64,000 nt of DNA from Elainellaceae cyanobacterium (GTDB lineage: Bacteria > Cyanobacteriota > Cyanobacteriia > CAZCXK01), in the NCBI GenBank assembly GCA_051117555.1, contig JBNPEG010000013.1, positions 51,267 through 115,266 on the forward strand, in the 5' to 3' direction. Below the pieces are notes generated by a model, which worked only from the letters and a program-made list of their open reading frames with translations, ran no database searches and was not told where the DNA came from. Numbering within the stretch: position 1 is the stretch's first letter; each line of letters opens with the position of its first letter. The translations under genes and the position numbers were made by a program. This document shows positions 51,546 through 61,356 of this stretch, piece by piece.

Positions 51546-52573
51546 ATGGGAAAACGCTTGAATTTTCCTTTATACAGGTAAACGCCGTAGAGCAGCTTTT
51601 CTAAAGAGTAGGTTTTAGACTGCACCCAATCTTTAAAACGCCATTTTTGATCACGGATAGAGTGCCACACTGAGTTTTTGGGAGAATGCTCGGCTCGTTC
51701 TAACTCATCGATGTAGCCCAGCTTAATCATGGCATCGCCAGCAATCCAGTAAAATCGCTCCATCTGAGCATCGCTCCATGAACTCCAGCGCTGACGAGGG
51801 TCGAAATTTTTGGCGTCGCTGACCCGTTTCCAGCCTCCCGTGTTGTAAAAGGCGGATGACCCCATGACGGGTAACTGTTCGACCTTATTAAAGTCATAGG
51901 CAGAGGCATTCACACCTGCGAATTCAAAAATTTTTGTCAGTGTTTCTGGGATATTGTCTAAAACGTCTTCATATTTAACGATCAGGTATTGAGACTGAAC
52001 GTCTTGATGGGCTTCCTCAAAATCGATGATCGTTTGAGCTGCCGCCGCCCACCGCTGCGCTGCGTCTTCATAGCTGTACCCAAATGATTTGACAGCCGAC
52101 TCGACGACAGAGCGTCCATCTCGAATCAAAATAATAAGCTGAGCGTTGGGAAATAGCTTAAAAAAGTAGTCGAGGTTCCGAACATTGGGCGTTTTAGTAA
52201 TCACTCGTCGGCGATCGCCCGGTTGGTCAAAATAGGAGATCAGTCCATCTCCTAGACTCTTACACAGACGATATTTCAGCGTCTGATAAACGTCTTTAGT
52301 CATGGGAGGCTCGTCTTGGTGACTCCAAAATTGCCCCCAGTAGTTACACACGACATCTGCATATCGCATTAGCAGGTTGGAGTGAAAAACGAGATAGTCT
52401 TCGACCATGTGTTCGTCTGTGACGCAATTGCAGTCTGGATGCAGACGCAGCAGGTTATAGACATAATTTGTGCCGCTTCGAGGCATAATCCCGAGTAGAA
52501 ACACGGGATCTTTGCGAGCATTCTGCTCTTGAGGGGTATCGAATTGATCGGTCGCTGATTCAGTGAATGCCAT
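51536..52573 (-). CDS. PAPS-dependent sulfotransferase
   Basis: PVFLLGIMPRSGTN (5'PSB), KTP, IRDGRSVVES (3'PB), VKYED. Confidence 0.88.
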   Translation of the reverse strand: MAFTESATDQFDTPQEQNARKDPVFLLGIMPRSGTNYVYNLLRLHPDCNCVTDEHMVEDYLVFHSNLLMRYADVVCNYWGQFWSHQDEPPMTKDVYQTLKYRLCKSLGDGLISYFDQPGDRRRVITKTPNVRNLDYFFKLFPNAQLIILIRDGRSVVESAVKSFGYSYEDAAQRWAAAAQTIIDFEEAHQDVQSQYLIVKYEDVLDNIPETLTKIFEFAGVNASAYDFNKVEQLPVMGSSAFYNTGGWKRVSDAKNFDPRQRWSSWSDAQMERFYWIAGDAMIKLGYIDELERAEHSPKNSVWHSIRDQKWRFKDWVQSKTYSLEKLLYGVYLYKGKFKRFPIQD

Positions 52574-52671
52574 CTAATGGGTCCCTTTGGGTGTTAACAG
52601 GTCATGAGGGTTGACGATACGACCAATTAAATTGAAAGGAAGGGGCGATCGCTAGCAACGCGAAATTAAAC

Positions 52672-53817
52672 CTAGCTCCCCAACAATGCATCAATCAGCG
52701 CCGGATTTGCAATTCGCTGATCATTAACCTTTTTTACAATATTAAATCCTCCGCCATATGCCCACACTGTCCAGCCAATGTCGTATTGCTCAAATAACCG
52801 GCGAACATCGGCATGCCACTGGGCGCGGTCGGCCTCGGGCGCAAACGGTCGAAATACTCCAAACTCATTACACGTCACAGATGCGTGGTGCTTCGTTGCC
52901 CATGCTGCGGCTCGACTGATCAAATCATCGAGGCGTTCAGCGTTCCATCGATAGTCGCCGTAGCTGCGAAGCCGTTGTCGGGCTTGCTCGTCCTCAATCG
53001 ATGACAAAATGGGCGCGATCGCCTGTGGGCTAGACGGAAACGGAATATCTCGATAATGACTCACAACATCCCAAGTCCAAGTCGCTCCTTGATGAGTAAA
53101 ATGCTTGGGCTCATAAAAATGAAAGTTGTACACCACATTGGGATCAGAAACAGGCTCTAACTCCTCTAAAGCAGCGATCGGAATCCATGTATCCCCGACA
53201 CGCTGATTCGCAGACGCAATCAGCGTGTTTTCAGGAGCACCTGCCCGCATTGCCGCCAAAAGTCTCTCCTGAATGTCGTACCAAATCTGCGGATCTTCGG
53301 TAGCAGGCTCATTCATCACCTCAAGAAAAACCAGTTCCGGATTTCGATGGCTTAGATGCTCCGCTAGGGTTTGCCAAAATTGGGCAAATTGATCCACGAG
53401 AGTGGCATCCTCATAGAGTCGACCTTTAAAGTCAGCCTCGGCATGAAGATCTACAATAACGGCCAACCCTTCTTCCAAAATCATGTCGAGGGCAGCATCT
53501 ACGTACGGCAAGTTGTCAGGATTTAAGCGAGTTGGGTCACTCTCGTCAAACAAAATTTCTGGATCAATCGGCAACCGCACATGCCGAAAGCCCAACTCTT
53601 TAACTGTCTGCACATCGTCAGCAGTAATACGGGTTTGAAAGGTTTCATGAGTAAGCTCAGTTTGTGAAAACCAACGGTTCAAATTCACGCCTTGAGACAA
53701 TCGTTGCAATCTGAGATCGCTAACGCTTAATGACTTTGGGGAAATCAACGACAACATCCCCAATATCAAGCCAGTGATGATTGCTAGGAACAAAAAGCGT
53801 CGTAGGTTCATGCCCAA
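52672..53817 (-). CDS. Glycoside hydrolase family 5 with N-terminal signal/TM
   Basis: GVNL..WF, HVRLPI, VIVDLH, EVMNEP (acid/base), FHFYEP..FTHQGA, NEFG (nucleophile). Confidence 0.88.
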   Translation of the reverse strand: MGMNLRRFLFLAIITGLILGMLSLISPKSLSVSDLRLQRLSQGVNLNRWFSQTELTHETFQTRITADDVQTVKELGFRHVRLPIDPEILFDESDPTRLNPDNLPYVDAALDMILEEGLAVIVDLHAEADFKGRLYEDATLVDQFAQFWQTLAEHLSHRNPELVFLEVMNEPATEDPQIWYDIQERLLAAMRAGAPENTLIASANQRVGDTWIPIAALEELEPVSDPNVVYNFHFYEPKHFTHQGATWTWDVVSHYRDIPFPSSPQAIAPILSSIEDEQARQRLRSYGDYRWNAERLDDLISRAAAWATKHHASVTCNEFGVFRPFAPEADRAQWHADVRRLFEQYDIGWTVWAYGGGFNIVKKVNDQRIANPALIDALLGS

Positions 53818-53823
53818 CGTCCT

Positions 53824-54852
53824 CTACTGCTCTTGTTGAATACGAAGCTTCTGAGTTGCACCCGTGATTTTGAGAGCCCATCGCTGAATCTGATGATAAA
53901 AAGCCATCGGCAGCAGCCTCATCAGATAGGCCGCCATACCTGTCAACATGGTTCGTCTGGGTTCCTTAATGACCATTCGCCAATTGCTAGTTAATGCGCG
54001 ATGAAATAAATCTACCGCTGCCTGTCCATCCTTCAGTGTTACAGCTCGACGAGCCAGATATCTGAGCTGGTAGGCTCTAGAAAGACTCTCATAGGTTGCA
54101 AAGAGTTCAGGATCATAGGGACGTAATTTTTCAACCATCGCTTCCCAGGATTTCATCTTGGGTAGTAAGTCAGCCGACAGCCCGCCCGAATTTACCCGAT
54201 ACAATGTCAGCGCTTCAGGAATGCCTTCGATTTGCCAAGGAGTTTGAATCACAATCCGAAGCCAGCATTCAATATCTTGCGATAAACGAAACCGATTATC
54301 AAAGTAACAGTCTAATGATTCGCCGTTGACTTGATCCTGAAATTTGATTCCTTCAAATACTTCACGCCGGAAGACCGCGGCTGAGCCATTACTAATCGGA
54401 TTTCGGCAAAAGACATCTGCCTTAGAGATGTCTTTGAGTTTCGGCATTTGATAAATATCGAGTCGTTCTCCGTCTTCATCAATGAAAGCAGACCGACTAA
54501 AGCTGACTCCTACCAATGGCGACTGTTCTAGATGGGCGACGTGCTTTGCTAGCTTCTTGGGCTCCCACAAATCGTCTCCATCTAAAAAAGCAATATAGTC
54601 TCCGCTGGCATTCCGAATTCCTGTATTGCGAGCGCCTGCCAATCCTTGATTCTTTTGATGAATGATTTTAATTCGAGGATCATTAAATTGCTGGCAGATT
54701 TCGACACTCCGATCTGGAGATTCATCGTCAATGATCAGCAGCTCAAAATTGGAATGGGTTTGAGCTAAGACAGATTCTACAGTATCTGCAATATATTTCT
54801 CGACATTGTAGGTCGGAATGATAATAGAGACTTTCTTCATGTCAAGAATCAC
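53824..54852 (-). CDS. Glycosyltransferase family 2
   Basis: VSIIIPTYN, IIDD.S.D, GLAGARN.G, FLDGDD; ATG at 54840 likely. Confidence 0.9.
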   Translation of the reverse strand: MILDMKKVSIIIPTYNVEKYIADTVESVLAQTHSNFELLIIDDESPDRSVEICQQFNDPRIKIIHQKNQGLAGARNTGIRNASGDYIAFLDGDDLWEPKKLAKHVAHLEQSPLVGVSFSRSAFIDEDGERLDIYQMPKLKDISKADVFCRNPISNGSAAVFRREVFEGIKFQDQVNGESLDCYFDNRFRLSQDIECWLRIVIQTPWQIEGIPEALTLYRVNSGGLSADLLPKMKSWEAMVEKLRPYDPELFATYESLSRAYQLRYLARRAVTLKDGQAAVDLFHRALTSNWRMVIKEPRRTMLTGMAAYLMRLLPMAFYHQIQRWALKITGATQKLRIQQEQ

Positions 54853-54962
54853 CTCTAAGGTAAACGTTTGATTGACGATTTAGGACTGGATTGTTAGCCA
54901 TTGAACTCGATACATTGCAATTTTAGATGAGCTGATTTGTGCTACGTCTCTAGATTGAATGT

Positions 54963-55907
54963 TTATGTTGCCTTGAAAGCAGATTTACGCGTTAGAAGAC
55001 CTAACCCATAGACAGCCAAGCAGGTTAATACGGTTCTTCGGGGTTCTTTAAGGATGATTCTCCAATCTGCCTTAAACGCACGGTTGATATATTGCTTACC
55101 TACCTCAGGATGCAACTTTAAGCGAATTGCCCGGCGCGCAAAATACCGGAGATGGACGGCTTTCGCAATAGAATAATGCTGATGAACAAGCTCCGCGTCA
55201 TATTGTTTTGCTTTTTCGAGCATACAATTCCATCCGTCCTCCATTCTGTAAAGATCTGATGAAAGCCCGCCGTCATTGGTGCGGTAGTACACCAGGACGT
55301 CATTGATGCCTTCGATGCGTTGCTGCCCGATCAGCATGATTCTTAGTAAATAGTCGATGTCTTCTGAATAGTTCATCTCTGGATCAAATCCACCAAATTT
55401 TTGAAAAATTTCTCGGCGAACCATCCAGGTTGACGTCGTAGTCGTAGGATTTTCGTAGAGCAAATGCTCAGGTTTGATGTGAGCCAATCGACCGTTTGAT
55501 AATTGGTCTGTGGGAGTGCTATCAAATCGCATAAATCTGGCTCGACAAAAACAGACCGCAATATCAAGATGGGCATTCATCCATTCAACTTGAGTTGCGA
55601 GTTTGTGAGGCAACCACCGATCGTCTGAATCAAGGAACGCAATTAGCTCACCGTTAGAAGCGTCTACGCCACGATTGCGAGCACGGGATACTCCTCCATT
55701 CGTTTGAGATACTCGGCTCACTCGTTGATCTCTCTGACGGTATGCATCAACAATTTCGGCGGTAGTGTCGGTGGAGCCATCATCAATCACGAGTAGCTCA
55801 AAGTGGGAATAGGTTTGAGCAAGAACCGAATCGATTGTCTCAGCAAGGAATTGTGAGGCGTTATATGCCGGGATGATGACTGATACGAGCGATGGGGTAG
55901 GATTCAT
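54963..55907 (-). CDS. Glycosyltransferase family 2
   Basis: VSVIIPAYN, DDGSTD, ARN.G, FLDSDD, ED. Confidence 0.9.
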   Translation of the reverse strand: MNPTPSLVSVIIPAYNASQFLAETIDSVLAQTYSHFELLVIDDGSTDTTAEIVDAYRQRDQRVSRVSQTNGGVSRARNRGVDASNGELIAFLDSDDRWLPHKLATQVEWMNAHLDIAVCFCRARFMRFDSTPTDQLSNGRLAHIKPEHLLYENPTTTTSTWMVRREIFQKFGGFDPEMNYSEDIDYLLRIMLIGQQRIEGINDVLVYYRTNDGGLSSDLYRMEDGWNCMLEKAKQYDAELVHQHYSIAKAVHLRYFARRAIRLKLHPEVGKQYINRAFKADWRIILKEPRRTVLTCLAVYGLGLLTRKSAFKAT

Positions 55908-55960
55908 ACTGTCTGTATTTGAACTCGATTAATCGATCTCAAACCGTGGGGTGTTCAAAC

Positions 55961-57244
55961 TTATCTAGCCGCATAGCCAACTTTACGGTAGAAAACATAC
56001 CAGGTTGCCCATACGGTAAACATGGGAGGGAAAACCCAATGAACTACGAGTACCGCAGTAGCGACTCCAATCGACTGACCCTGTACCCCTATTAAGAGAG
56101 CGCCGCAAAATAGGACAGTAAAGATGACACTCCAACGTAGGTTGATGTAGGGTTTATCAATAGAATTTAGCAACTGATTGGCTGCCACTTCAAAGGGGCG
56201 TGGAATTGCTGACAAACATATTCGAATGAGAATTGGAATAGCAGTTACCCACTCACTACCAAATATGATTGGAACATAGAAAGATGCAAGACTCGATTGC
56301 AGGATTACGAAGGGAATAATAATCATGGCAATGGTCTTTAGACTTTTGAAGTAAGTTTCTTTAAACCTATCGAAATTCAAACGAGCAGCGCACAGATGAG
56401 GATAAAGCGCGACGGTAATAGATTGAATAATGGTTAAACTAATGCCCAGTCCAGCGTTGAACGCAAAGAAATACTTTCCAAGTTCTTCAACCCCTAAAAA
56501 GCGTCCAATAATGAGGTAATCTCCATTTTCTCGTAACGTTTTCAGAAGATTGATCCCCATAATATTGATGCCAAAATTAAAGATCTCACCCCATCGCTGA
56601 GTCGTAAATCCGCCGGATGGCCGCCACGGTTGATGCCTTAGATAAATATAAATTTCGATGAAAGGGGTAACGAGTTTAGGGAGCACGATCGCCCATAGCC
56701 CCAGTCCGGAGAGTGCCAAAGCGGCAGTAATGATATTGCTAGACGCTAATGTTGATGCATGACTGAGCGCTGTGACCTTTAACCGATTTTCTCGCTGCAC
56801 CAAAATAGACTGGATTCTGCCAAACGGACTGATTAAATACACAATTGCAATCGTGCAAATGGGAAGGATGAGGCGATCGTTGCCATAAAACTTAGCGATT
56901 GGAAAGGCTAACCCGATTTGAATACAGAATAGAGTTAAGAAAATCAGCCAATTCAGCCAATAGGCTCCGTTGCAAATTTCCTCTAATTCTTCATCATCAG
57001 ATCGAATAATCTTACCGCCGATGCCAAACATGGTCAGAATGCGCGTAAAGTCATAGGTCGTTAACACGAGTGCCGCGAGTCCAAAGTCTTCTGGAGTCAG
57101 AGTTCGTGCTAATACGACTGTTGTTAATAATCGAGTCACCCGATTAATAACTTGGGCGCCACCCAACCAGCCGATATTTTTGATGAAATTATTTGAAAGT
57201 ACCCTCCTCTGAAGGAAGTTAATCAGTTCTTTGCCTAGATTCAT
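55961..57244 (-). CDS. Wzx-type polysaccharide flippase
   Basis: LAR.LTPEDFGL, D..IIGRFLG...LG.Y, many TMs. Confidence 0.85.
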   Translation of the reverse strand: MNLGKELINFLQRRVLSNNFIKNIGWLGGAQVINRVTRLLTTVVLARTLTPEDFGLAALVLTTYDFTRILTMFGIGGKIIRSDDEELEEICNGAYWLNWLIFLTLFCIQIGLAFPIAKFYGNDRLILPICTIAIVYLISPFGRIQSILVQRENRLKVTALSHASTLASSNIITAALALSGLGLWAIVLPKLVTPFIEIYIYLRHQPWRPSGGFTTQRWGEIFNFGINIMGINLLKTLRENGDYLIIGRFLGVEELGKYFFAFNAGLGISLTIIQSITVALYPHLCAARLNFDRFKETYFKSLKTIAMIIIPFVILQSSLASFYVPIIFGSEWVTAIPILIRICLSAIPRPFEVAANQLLNSIDKPYINLRWSVIFTVLFCGALLIGVQGQSIGVATAVLVVHWVFPPMFTVWATWYVFYRKVGYAAR

Positions 57245-57285
57245 AATTGTTGGTAAACCAGTAATAATTGAATCTCATCCATGCC

Positions 57286-57316
57286 TAGCGATCCTAAATC
57301 GCTTGGGATTGCTGTA
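57286..57316. repeat. Collapsed palindromic copy of the MITE-type ends
   Basis: TAGCGATCCTAAATCGCTTGGGATTGCTGTA. Confidence 0.55.
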
Positions 57317-57396
57317 CAGCCCTGTAATTCTTTTATGAAATACTCTAGGCTTCGGGGTGGCTGTGATTTGATAGCTCACGCTCTACGTCTATTTAA

Positions 57397-58413
57397 CTAA
57401 CGGACTTCTTCTTTAACAGGATGATTGTTTTTAGAAACCAGCGGAAAATTTCTGCCTAAAAACTGCAAGATTTTTCTAGATAGTTGTTTAGGAAGAATCA
57501 TGTTAATCAATATTTTTAGACCAATCCGTGGAGTCTCAGGTTTCAGCAAGCTTTTGGGATATAGCCGAATAGACTTTACATAATTCTTTCGAGCCTTTTT
57601 AACTCCTTCATTTCCGGAGACATGGTCCAAACACAATTTGGTAAAAAATCTGTAGGTATTCGATAGTGCCTGATTTTTAAGGAACCGAAGTTCGTCTGGT
57701 GCGGCCTGAAACCCTCGGTTAATGACGGTTAAGATTGCCTGTTCCATCACATCAACTTTTGCTGTCATCGAGGTTGATGATTTCCGGTAGAGAACCTGAT
57801 ACTTAGGCACCCGAGCGAACGGATAGCGTGCTGCTAGTCTAACGTTATATTCCCAATCTTCAGCAGATTTGAGCGTTGCATCATATTCGCCGATCTCATC
57901 GATGACCTCTCTGCGAATCATGATGTTAGAACCACTCGCAATAAAATTTTTGACGAGCAACTGAGGATAAACGTTGCCGTGATGAGGAAATGGTTCACCT
58001 GCGTATAGAAATTGGCTGTCTTCGTCAATAAAGGCTGTCCAACTGTATGCCACTCCTGCTTCCGGATAGGTTTGAAGCGCATTAAGCTGATCTTCAATCT
58101 TATCGGGGGTCCATAAATCGTCTGCATCAACAAACGTCACGAATTTGCCTATAGCATGCCTAATGCCACGATTGCGGGCTTCTGGCAATCCGGCATTCTC
58201 GAATGAATAAATTTTGATGCGAGGATCTGGAATTTGGCGAACAACTTCGACCGTATTATCTGTAGAACCATCATTAATAACGATCAGTTCCAAATCGGAA
58301 AAGCTCTGGTCTAAGATTGACTGAATGGTTTCAGTGATCGTCTTTTCGACGTTGTATGCAGGGATAACGACAGATACGTGTGGCATTCGAGATCCTCGTG
58401 CGTGCGACATCAT
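57397..58413 (-). CDS. Glycosyltransferase family 2
   Basis: VSVVIPAYN, NDGSTD, ARN.G, FVDADD, EDW; start may be 58386. Confidence 0.9.
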   Translation of the reverse strand: MMSHARGSRMPHVSVVIPAYNVEKTITETIQSILDQSFSDLELIVINDGSTDNTVEVVRQIPDPRIKIYSFENAGLPEARNRGIRHAIGKFVTFVDADDLWTPDKIEDQLNALQTYPEAGVAYSWTAFIDEDSQFLYAGEPFPHHGNVYPQLLVKNFIASGSNIMIRREVIDEIGEYDATLKSAEDWEYNVRLAARYPFARVPKYQVLYRKSSTSMTAKVDVMEQAILTVINRGFQAAPDELRFLKNQALSNTYRFFTKLCLDHVSGNEGVKKARKNYVKSIRLYPKSLLKPETPRIGLKILINMILPKQLSRKILQFLGRNFPLVSKNNHPVKEEVR

Positions 58414-58494
58414 TAAGTCATTAGGGGCTTGAGTGAAGCCTGACTGCTGCTTATCTCGTAGCAGGATAGGATTTTAATCAGTTAGACAAGGAAA

Positions 58495-58525
58495 AGCAGC
58501 AGCTTAGGGTTGTTAAGCTGCTGCT
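58495..58525. terminator. Intra-operon hairpin
   Basis: AGCAGCAGCTTA-N7-TAAGCTGCTGCT. Confidence 0.6.
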
Positions 58526-58541
58526 CTACTATACGCTACGA

Positions 58542-60209
58542 TTAGCTCAAGACTGCTGTCTTTTTGAGAATCGATTTACCATCAAAATGATCAGGAATAG
58601 GAACCTCCATGAGGTCTAGGAGGGTGGGTGCAAGGTCGACAGCATGAGCGTTGTCTAGCGTGAGCCCTGGCTCGATTTCAGGACCGCAAGCAATCATGAA
58701 TCCTCGGGAACGATGGCTACCAGTGCGTCGGTAGGGAACCGGACCAATTCGACCGAATTTGGGGCTATCAATTACATCCGCTGGGGTGTCATCCCAGACA
58801 ACCACTAAGTCTGCATCTGGCAATTTAGGATCGCGATCGCCCGCTGATTGTCGTGTGCGGACTACTTTTTTAACAACCGAGGCTCCGGTTCGAGGATTTC
58901 TGAGTTCGTGAAGATGTGCCGTAATCTCATCACAGACAGCATCATAGTCAGATGCAGACACAGTACCTGACGGCTCTCGACCTTCGAGGTTAATACGGAT
59001 ATAGCCTTCTGAAAAACTCGGAATTGCAAATGCTTTCATTTGGTGCCAATAGGGCTGATACCAAATTGTCGGCTGCCAGCTTACCGCCCCCCTCGGGCGG
59101 GCAAAGCCGGTGAGATTGGAATAGGTCTTGCCAGCTAGCTTATACAGTTTGGCAAATCCGCGGTCTAGTTTTTGGTTGAATTTTTCAGGCACCCAGCGTC
59201 TAAACCACCGCTTAATCGGGTTTTTATCATGCCATTGGCGCCAGATTTCAGTTTGCCAATTTAAGGTTTTTGGCAAGTTTATCACGGGGAGCGGCGCCGT
59301 TTTGGGATTGCCAACGGGGAGTTTTGCCTTGCCTGGAAAGCTATAACGATACAGCAGTTCGGGCAGCAGCAACATACTAGAGACATCAGTTGTATTGCTT
59401 CCGCTTCCATGAGCCGCAAAGACGACCAGGTTGGCTGACTCAGGAGCCGATTCTAGAATTTCTCCAATTGCATGATCGACGGCTTCAAATACGTCCAACA
59501 TGGGGTCGGTTGTGAAGCCGTTAACGCGATGATGGTGATAAAGCGGATGGTCAGCCTGGCTTAAGAACCAATAGTCATGACCTGCGGAATGGGTTTCTCC
59601 GAAGATAGTCAAGAAGAGATCCCAATGTTCTTGTTGAAGGAGATCGCGACAAATCGAAATGCGATGATTAATTCCAGTATGTAGAGATTTTTTGAGGCGA
59701 GTTAAATAGGCTTCGTCCCACCAGTCACCGTGATCATTGTGGAGAGCCGGATGTTCACCATACCTGCGGAGAATGTCAGGTAAGATATTGTCTGGTTTTG
59801 AGTGGCTCCGAGTTTGGGGTGAATGTGCACCCCATGCCAAGACTTGGATGCCGTTAACGTTATCTGACAAGGGAGCCTGAGGCATATCAAAGACAGCAAC
59901 TCGGCATTCGTCGCCTAGGGCATAGAAGGGCTGATATTCTTTAAAGTCATAGGCTTCTACGAGTCGAGCGTTATAGGTGCCTTCGTCAAATCCGATCGGT
60001 GTCCAATAGCCAGTTTTGTGAGGCAAGCACCCTGTGAGAAATGTTGTCCAGGGTGTTTCAGCCTTATAGTATTCAATATTGTCGAGACGACAGTAGGTTC
60101 CTTGCGATCGCAAGCGGTTGAGATTTTTGAGATATCCTTGAGCCATCCAATTCTCAAGAAGTACCGGATCGGCAGCATCTAATCCGATAGCGATGACAGG
60201 TTTTTTCAT
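58542..60209 (-). CDS. Alkaline-phosphatase-superfamily (phosphodiesterase/NPP-like) protein
   Basis: VIAIGLDAA, WTTFLTG..P..TG, H..GH, G.H...G, DLAPT.L..M; ATG 60209 with GGAG RBS. Confidence 0.8.
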   Translation of the reverse strand: MKKPVIAIGLDAADPVLLENWMAQGYLKNLNRLRSQGTYCRLDNIEYYKAETPWTTFLTGCLPHKTGYWTPIGFDEGTYNARLVEAYDFKEYQPFYALGDECRVAVFDMPQAPLSDNVNGIQVLAWGAHSPQTRSHSKPDNILPDILRRYGEHPALHNDHGDWWDEAYLTRLKKSLHTGINHRISICRDLLQQEHWDLFLTIFGETHSAGHDYWFLSQADHPLYHHHRVNGFTTDPMLDVFEAVDHAIGEILESAPESANLVVFAAHGSGSNTTDVSSMLLLPELLYRYSFPGKAKLPVGNPKTAPLPVINLPKTLNWQTEIWRQWHDKNPIKRWFRRWVPEKFNQKLDRGFAKLYKLAGKTYSNLTGFARPRGAVSWQPTIWYQPYWHQMKAFAIPSFSEGYIRINLEGREPSGTVSASDYDAVCDEITAHLHELRNPRTGASVVKKVVRTRQSAGDRDPKLPDADLVVVWDDTPADVIDSPKFGRIGPVPYRRTGSHRSRGFMIACGPEIEPGLTLDNAHAVDLAPTLLDLMEVPIPDHFDGKSILKKTAVLS

Positions 60210-60307
60210 ATTAACTCCAGGATGAAATAGACAAATGATGATTTGAAAATGGTTAGTTTGGTGTAAAGAATCTATCAACTTAACGCCAGAAAATTAGTTC
60301 AAACTGC

Positions 60308-61354
60308 CTACTTCCCGGTTCCTATAGCAGGCGACTGAATGTTGTTGAACAGCGCATTAGCTGGGTTAAGCGGGTGATTTAAGGTATTCCACGAAAGAGT
60401 TCGCAACCAGACTTCGTGTAGATACCCAATGCTTTGGGTAGTCTTGATGAGCGCTATTACTCGCAACTGGGGATTAGGAAGAGATTTGAGCAGTATCCCC
60501 ATCTGGATGAACGGTCGGCCATGCCGAACCAATCCTCCGATGATATGTTTCCATTCCCAGACAAGGGGTTTACCCAACAGACAACTGGTTAACGCTGACG
60601 ATCGCCCTTGCCAGTAGCTACGTCGTAGCATCCAGTTTAAATTCATGCGAGCTTCAGGAATCCAATGCTGGACAGAGGCTCGCGGTTCATAGTAGAGAAG
60701 TCCTTTGCCCTGCTCGATTAGAAGACGATACACCAAATATTCTTCACCTGACCGCAAGCTTTGTCCTTCTCTGCCCAAGCATTCGATAAAACCGCCAATT
60801 TGAAGGAGTGCCGACCGTTGGAATGCCATATTGGCACCAAAGGGATATTTGGGAAGCTTGAGCCATCGAGATCGGCACTGGTAGTCAACGATGCTGAATA
60901 AGTAGAAGGTCTTTTGAGGCATCCAATCGGGTTTTGCGATATCCCAAAGTGGATGAATAGGACCGCCGACACAAATAGGCTTAGGCAAGGTCGTTTCAAA
61001 TGCGTCTAAAAGAGCCGCAACCCAGTTCTCGGATGGAATTGCGTCGTCATCTAGATAGGCAATGTAGTCTGCTTTAGCCTGCTGAAGCGCCGTATTTCTG
61101 GCTTTTGATAAGCCTTGCACAGGTTCGTAAACGTACCGTAGATTAGCCAATCGGTTTTGATAGGTTTTGCAAATCTCCGCCGTATTGTCAGTAGAGCGAT
61201 TATCAATCACAAGGATTTCAAATGTCTCCAGAGAAACAGACTGCTCTGCCAACGCATCAAGCGTAAAACATAGGCGGTCTGCGCGGTTATAGGTACAAAC
61301 GGCTACGGAGATACGAGGATGCAATGTCCCTGTGGGTGATGCGTGATCGTTCAT
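60308..61354 (-). CDS. Glycosyltransferase family 2
   Basis: ISVAVCTYNR, DN.STD, GLSKARN, YLDDDA, GANMAF. Confidence 0.9.
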   Translation of the reverse strand: MNDHASPTGTLHPRISVAVCTYNRADRLCFTLDALAEQSVSLETFEILVIDNRSTDNTAEICKTYQNRLANLRYVYEPVQGLSKARNTALQQAKADYIAYLDDDAIPSENWVAALLDAFETTLPKPICVGGPIHPLWDIAKPDWMPQKTFYLFSIVDYQCRSRWLKLPKYPFGANMAFQRSALLQIGGFIECLGREGQSLRSGEEYLVYRLLIEQGKGLLYYEPRASVQHWIPEARMNLNWMLRRSYWQGRSSALTSCLLGKPLVWEWKHIIGGLVRHGRPFIQMGILLKSLPNPQLRVIALIKTTQSIGYLHEVWLRTLSWNTLNHPLNPANALFNNIQSPAIGTGK

Positions 61355-61356
61355 GG

